Source of the DNA: the human T2T-CHM13v2.0 reference genome, Homo sapiens
Strand: one strand, 5' to 3'
DNA length: 64,000 bases
Assembly: GCF_009914755.1 (NCBI RefSeq)
Contig: NC_060927.1
Each line of letters opens with the position of its first letter. The stretch's first letter is position 1. The notes beneath the pieces were generated by a model. The model saw only the letters and a list, made by a program, of their open reading frames with translations, did no database searches and was not told the origin of the DNA. Positions 56,381 through 64,000 of this stretch are shown one piece after another. The position numbers and the translations under genes are program-made.

Positions 56381-59254
56381 CACTTTATGCAATTGTTGAT
56401 GTTCTGAGTCCCTAGGATCAGGGTTTCCCATCGTAACCCCAGAGATAAGCTCAGATCCATACGTTGTAACAAGGAGTTGGTGAAGCTGACCTCAGAAGTC
56501 CATGTACCTGGCTTCTCAGCCTCTTGGCCAGTTGCCCGCACTTTAAACATCTCATGTGCCAGAATTGGGGGTGCAGTGCAAGGCACAAAATAAATGAATG
56601 ACTGGGATGCACAGACATTCCAGCCTTCCCAGAGACAATGCATTAAGAAAATACCTCCATGCCTACTTCTTCATCCAGAGAATTTTCCCAAGATGAACCT
56701 CATGGTCTGTCCCCAAGTGCTTTGCAAGTACTCATCTCCAAGCTGCCTTTCTTACTATAATGAGTTTTGCAAAGTTTTAATACATCCGTCTGCCTTATAG
56801 AGGGATAATTTTACCACCGCATGGAATACCGAAGTTTTCTGTGGCCAAATGTTTCAGCCCAATTGAGGTATCATACCCAGCACATAAAATAAAAGACACC
56901 CTGTGTTGCTCTTAAGTGATAAAACTAGGGAGTATATCAGTTTAAGTAGTATATCATGATATTCTTAAAATTCTTGTTGGAGAAAGTGGTAAACAGCCTT
57001 TTATGCCCAGATTCTAGTGGGTCATTAATGGTTAACAAAGGAAAGCAAATATATTCTATCCCTATCGACACCAGGACAAGTGAGGACTAGTCTCTCAATC
57101 CCTTCTTCCTGTGATTGAGAAAACAAAGTATCAAATTTGAGTTCAAGATTCCACCCAATTTAAGCCTGGTTTCTTCCACAGCAGGGAAAAAGATATTAGA
57201 ATGGAAAAGGGAATTTCAAAGCATTTTAGTGCTCTATTTGATGGAGGCTTTTAAATATAAGTTCAATGAGACAATTTTCTGTTTTATTCTATAGATTTTT
57301 TTGATGGGGAATTTTTTTTCTATAGTTAATAGTGCTGAAGAGTACTTGGTCTTCATTGTTTTGCCTGTTTAAAGTATAATTATTGTCTGCCTTGTTGAGA
57401 TATAGTTCTGTTTTTCCAAAGAGGGAGTAACCTTTGAAATCAATAAAAAAATTTTGGAGATAAATTTATATGCATTTTTTTTTTAGCTCAGATGTCTGAA
57501 AATCTAATTTATATGCTTTACCACAAAAGGAGCACAATGATAAGAGCCCCACATGGAAAAAAAAAATTAGCAGGGCTTCATTGTGGGCCTGATCTGAAAT
57601 AGAAATTTAGTACAAGCACATCATTTCTATTTAAAGTAGCATTTGGGCCTCAAACTTCATGATTCAGACTTCGAGTGATTTTAAGAAGTACATATGTGAA
57701 ACATATTTTAATCCAAAGGTCTAGTATTTATTCTTGGAAAGGATGGTGGTGATGGGGGGTGGGAAGGAAATGGGGCATCTCTATGGAAAATATCACATTG
57801 CATTGATGCTTGCTTGAAAGTAGAGACACCCTATTCATGCACATACATAACGCACAAATATATAAAATCTTGGGGAACTAATCACAGTTTTACATACAGA
57901 AGCCCAACATTAATAGAGCCCTATCCCATTGAAGTCATATCCCATTATTTATTTATATTCTCTATAACAAGGGAAAGTTTGAAATCTTGGTGTACTTAGT
58001 ATTCCCCTGTGCACTATATAGAAGCATCAGAAACTACCAAACTTCCTGAAATAGAAAGTAATTTGACAAAACTGCTTGAATTCAAAAGAAAACAACCATC
58101 AGAGAGGCCTAAGTGACAATCAGTGTAGGAAAGCCATTAATGGGGAAAGAACACACAGAGAAACATAATGAGGACATTAAAATTGGTTCCACTTGGAAGC
58201 TGTGCGATGGTCATCAGAGTGACCACAGTTGAGTTTCTCGTGCTTGGTTTTAGTTGGACAGGAAGATTTACAACTATGGCCCACGATCTTTTAGATGTAG
58301 GAAAATGTGTGATACTCTGTCTACTCCCAGCACTGCCACCTCCCCACCCCACACTTTTAATACCATTATTTTAATTTTTTAAAAATCTATACAGCAAAGT
58401 CCTTTAAATGGCCTGCATATTTTCATGGCTTTTCTAGCTATCAGAATACTTTAATTGAAAAGCAAACCAAATTTAGATGAACTTTGCACAGAAGAAAAAA
58501 ATTATTTGAAAAGAGGTTATAAATCTAATACATGGAATATGGATGTTAAGGCCGAGGAGAAGGCAGTGGGAGATGAAGGGTTAATCAGGATGAAATCGAG
58601 TTTCCATGTATGATAGGAAAATCTTTTGACAGTGCATAAGTGATCTCCCAGTAATGTGGTCAGTGTTCTCAGAGTTAATAATTTCCACCAATGGCTGATA
58701 ATGATCATTTAAAAGCATTAACTCACGTGAGCAATGTGCCTTTCAATTCAGATCATGGCTCAACAGGAAACCAAAGCTCTTCATGCTAGTCCTTGAAATT
58801 CAGAGCAGGGAGTGGGAAGAGGCTTTTTCAACCTCAGGGATTCTAAGTGACTGTGAGTAGGTTTTCTAAGGGAGAGCGCTAGTATCTGGGCCCATCTTAT
58901 GCATGGACAGTTCATTCTAGAGAGGGCAGCAGCAGAGGAGGTACCAGAGACAATCCCCATAGAAGGATAGGAGTGGCTGTCTCCCCATTTGCAAGCTACT
59001 GGCAAACCATCAGGCATTACATTCAGCTCAAGTCTCTGCCAAGGTGGTGTTTTATTTTGTGTTTTCCATTCCTGTATTCATTTGGACCACATGGAAGTGA
59101 AATTAATTACAGTGTTAATCCCAAGCATGTAGTCAAGGTCTTGCCACCCTGCCTGGAAATGTGGTTTGAAATAGAGGGATAATGGCTGATAATGATTTTT
59201 TTTTTCAAGTTCTAGAGCAACCCTTCTACACTTTAAGGTATATTCAAAAATCCT

Positions 59255-59385
59255 AGGGGTCTCTCTTTTTTTTTAATGCAATTTCTGATTCAGTGGTTCT
59301 GGAGTGGGACTGGAGGGCTTACATTTCTAGAAAGCTCCCAGTGCTGTTGATAATCTGCTTGGAGAACACACTTTGAGTAGCAAAA
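59255..59385. mobile_element. MER5A fragment
   Basis: ttctgattcagtgg...catttctagaaagctcccag...gagaacacactttgagtagca. Confidence 0.7.
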
Positions 59386-60829
59386 CTCTAGAAAGTTTCA
59401 CAGATAAGTGATGCCACACATAATAGGAAACTCTCAGATATTTTAAGCTGGCACAAGCTATCCTGAAAACGGTGGCACAGCTCCATCTGGAAAGGGTTTG
59501 GGCTATGAGCTTATCTACGTGCTGAGCTTCTTTAGGGAGGGTGCACAGTGATGTCACCACCACTGAGAACTGCCCTCAACTGCTTGCATTCATGTTTCAG
59601 GAGCAGATGTTCTATCACTTGTCTCTGTATAGTGCTTATTAGAGAACACTTACGACAAAAAAGGAGCTAGCAGGTAGAGGAGTGGAATGGTCTTTTAGTA
59701 TTCTCAGTACTATTCCTTGTTGCTGTTGTTTTGTTGGGAAATTTCCATCTCGAATTTTGAGGTGCCTCTCTCCAAAAGATAATATATTATCAATGTATGT
59801 GTATATACATGTGTATGTATATCATTACTATATTACTAGTACACATATATTAATCTGTATGTATATATACATAATCATGAGAGTTCAGTTTTTCTCATTT
59901 TAATTGTATATTTAAGCCCACTCTGTTAAAATTAAAGTAAAAAGATACTAGTAATCAGGCATATCATTTTATGTATCTTACGGAGTCTTGCAGTCTCTAA
60001 ATTATTATAATTTCATCCATGTTAGCTATCGATTATAGGTTTCTAAGTGGACTACGACATTAACCCAGATAAGAATGAAATTCATATTGTAGCTGAACCC
60101 CAAGTGCAGTGGACTGAGGTCTGGAAATCAGTACAGTCATGGAGCCAGGAGCAGAATACTGCTTTGCTGCTACTGTGAAAGAGCCATTTGTATGGTCTTT
60201 AGAGCTTTTCAAGCTGTAGTCTGCAGAGTGAGTGGGGTCTGCAGGGTCCTAGGGCTTCCTTTCCACAGAGCTTTCCTGAGAGGCTGTGCTGGGGCTGGGA
60301 TAATAGGAGAATAGAGCATCCAGGTGGGGTGTGGTAGCCCTCCTCATTCAATCAAAGCAGACCCTTTTTTCCTTTTGAACATATGTGAGTTCCACAGAAG
60401 ATTTCAGTTGAAAAGCACTATTAATGTTTCCTACTGTGGACAGCATTTAGAGGAAACATTTTAAGCAGCACGTTCATATTTCCTCTGTTCACGTACTTAG
60501 TCAACAGCTCTTCATTGTGCGCTTATCGTGTGCAAGGCAGTGTTCTACATGCTATGGGGTAAACAAGATGACAAATCCCTGTCCCCTTAGAAAAGAGCTT
60601 GCAACCACAGTGGCTGTTGGAAAGAAGCAACAGTGGTGCTAAAAGACACCAGGTAAACTGGAAAGGAAAATTCATCATATAGCGTACTAGGTTCTGACAT
60701 CAGTGAAGTAGCTTCCATTTCATTTCTTGAGGCTTCATCAGAAGAGATATGCGACAATACGTGCTGGGTGTTCCAGATGTATGATCTGGAAAATGTTGAT
60801 TCAGCTCTTGATATTGTTATACAGGGAGC

Positions 60830-61533
<704 letters not shown>

Positions 61534-61569
61534 CTGGAGCTCTACTAGATTTGTCTGTGTTGAACTCTA

Positions 61570-61900
<331 letters not shown>

Positions 61901-61944
61901 AGCTATACTTGATTATTTTATTCAGCACAATTATTTCTTACAGA

Positions 61945-62170
61945 GGCAGCCAGTGTGGGATGGTTAGAGTGTGGGCCACAGAGGCAGAGAGCCCATATTC
62001 ATCTTCCTTAACCTCACTGAGCTCTTTCATTTTGCTGTAAAACACAATTGATAGTAATATCTACTCCAAAAGATTATTGAGAGGATTAAAGACATATGTA
62101 GGAGGAACATATAAAGTGCCTGGCACATAGCAACCCCTCCCTCAATAAAGGGTAGCTGTTGTTATGTTAA
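61945..62170 (+). mobile_element. MIR
   Basis: gagaggattaaa...ataaagtgcctggcacatag. Confidence 0.7.
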
Positions 62171-64000
62171 TATATGCCAGGTAAGAAGATGCATGCTTCC
62201 TTCATTTTAACTAACCTCCTTTGGCAGGATTTAACATACACAGGGTCCTTCAAACTAGAGCATACTTTAACCCCAAAGTCTTAGCCTTGGTGAATTCTCC
62301 TGTATTTTGAGCACCTGCACGGGGCACTGGGAGCAGCAGTCTGTGGCCAGCATTGCCACAGCCCCGGGAAGCATTCTGGGCTGCCTGCATGCAGACAGTG
62401 GGACCCCCATCTGGAGTGAGGGTCCTGGGGTTTGAAGGAGAGTAAGACAAGGGAGATCTCTTCCAGGGAAAACCCTGCCCAAATGCAAATGTGGTTCATG
62501 AGAGACAACTTGTTATTGTAACATCTGACAAACATGCAATTAATTCTTTTTGGAACTGAGGTGGGGCAATGAGAATGGAGTAAAGGGAAGATTTCACTTT
62601 GGTTTGGGGGCTACAGAGGGAAGTATTTGCTTTATAGAAGTAGGGCTATTATAAACTACTTTGAAACACATTTATGCCACAAGTCTTCTACAAATTGAAT
62701 TTTTAAAAAATGTGGAGAGAAATAAGTAGACACTGAAGGTGAGCATGTCAGCAGCAGTTCAGATGCCAAAAGGTTATCTTGAATAGCCTTTTTGCTTTTA
62801 GAACTCTGTTCTTAACAGTATTGTGGTTGCACAAGAATCTATATTGGAAAATTTATTGACTAGTATACTTGCTGCTTTTTATCTAAGCTTGTCAGAGTGT
62901 AAGATGGTGTTGCTAAATGAAGGCTTGCCCTTTGAATTCTTTTCTGACCTATTTCTCCTGCAAACAGTAGCTTTATTTTTTGGAAATAAACACTGGGCAT
63001 AATTTTTAGTTTATGACAGTAGTAAGCTGATTCTGATGAGTGTGTGTTTGTATGTGCACTTCTGCTTGTCTGCTTCTTGCACCAAAACATCCTCCAGCTG
63101 TGGGCCTTTTCCCTCTCTTTAGTAAAGCCTGTAAACAAAACCAGAAGCCATGGGAAAAGTGTAAAGAGAGCAGCAGAAAAGAACGTTTGCTTTTGTGAAA
63201 AAGCCCGCCACTGCTTGAATTTTAAAGAAAAGTTGATGGATCTTTTTCTGTTGCCTATATTAATAGAACAAAGCACTGCTCCCAGGGCAGAAGGGTCCTT
63301 CTCTGTGTTGGAAGTGAATTTCAGTCTCGTCCTGGAGCTCCTACCAGATGAGACTTTTACATGAGATTTTAAGAAATGATCAGTTAAAGGGGGAAAAAAG
63401 CAAACATCTGTGTTACAGGTCAGCCTTTAAATTATACTGTTTCCGTTTTGTCATGGGATACCCAGCTTTTAACTCAGTAGTGAAGTCGGCTGGGCTGGAA
63501 GTTTTCACATCTATTTTTATCCCACACAATCTACCCCTGGTTCAGATTGCTAGTTTCCTCACAGAGCTCCAGTCCACACTCGGCCCTGAACGCGGAGTTG
63601 AATCAGCTGGCTGAAGCTGAGTGCCTCTCTTTTCCTTTCTTGGGAACAGGAAAGGTGCTGTGGAGAGGAATTGGGGCGGGATCATTCAGGGGAAGGTGAC
63701 AGCAGATGGTGGGAAGGCCGGAGTCAGCAAGCCAAGTGTCAGGGGCAGAGTGAGCCTCAGAAAACAGCAGCTGCCCGGTGCCAGAGCAAGGAAAGGCCAG
63801 GGAGGCTGGGCGGGGCAGTGTCTGTGGGACAGAGTGGGGCAAGAACACACACGGCCGGGCACAGCCTCTTAGCCAGCTCTCCATGTCAGTATGAGCAGTA
63901 ACCAGGGAACTGGGCAATTGGCACATCAGCCTATCAGAATTCATGGGAGGTTATTTCTTAAGTGAAATTCTAAAGAGTTAAAGGATGAATTTGGACAGTG

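Noticed and set aside
62175-62230. Donor CAG|GTAAGA followed by CTAAC and a CAG acceptor
   Set aside because: Implied intron is under 50 nt, too short for the human spliceosome, and no coding context.
63580-63900. GC-rich patch with overlapping ORFs near the window end
   Set aside because: Too few CpGs for an island, no splice-consistent frame or recognisable protein.

Overview
Human intronic DNA: about 20 Alus, one a human-lineage AluYb8, plus L1, L2, MIR, MaLR/ERVL LTRs and hAT/Tc-mariner fossils. One real coding element is visible: a 30-nt first coding exon at 50758-50787 (+), MVHQDNCSYQ followed by a CAG|gtaaaa donor, inside a small CpG-rich promoter. From memory this peptide is the N-terminus of the short SCHIP1 isoform (continuing AQKNERESIRQK...). 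That would place the window in the large SCHIP1 / IQCJ-SCHIP1 intron on 3q25; the next exon was not found here. Nearly all ORFs in the supplied track are repeat-derived or chance. I see no convincing new multi-gene system. Best leads: (1) three in-frame upstream ATGs that share one stop 1 nt before the SCHIP1 start; (2) a 35/36-bp paired MADE1 (miR-548-type) hairpin with an apparent compensatory base pair; (3) an L1 insertion with an apparent ~70-bp target-site duplication; (4) an AluYb8, a self-complementary (TA)nCG microsatellite and a strong CTCF motif within 1.1 kb. Repeat subfamily names are by eye from remembered consensus sequences, and old-repeat boundaries are approximate.
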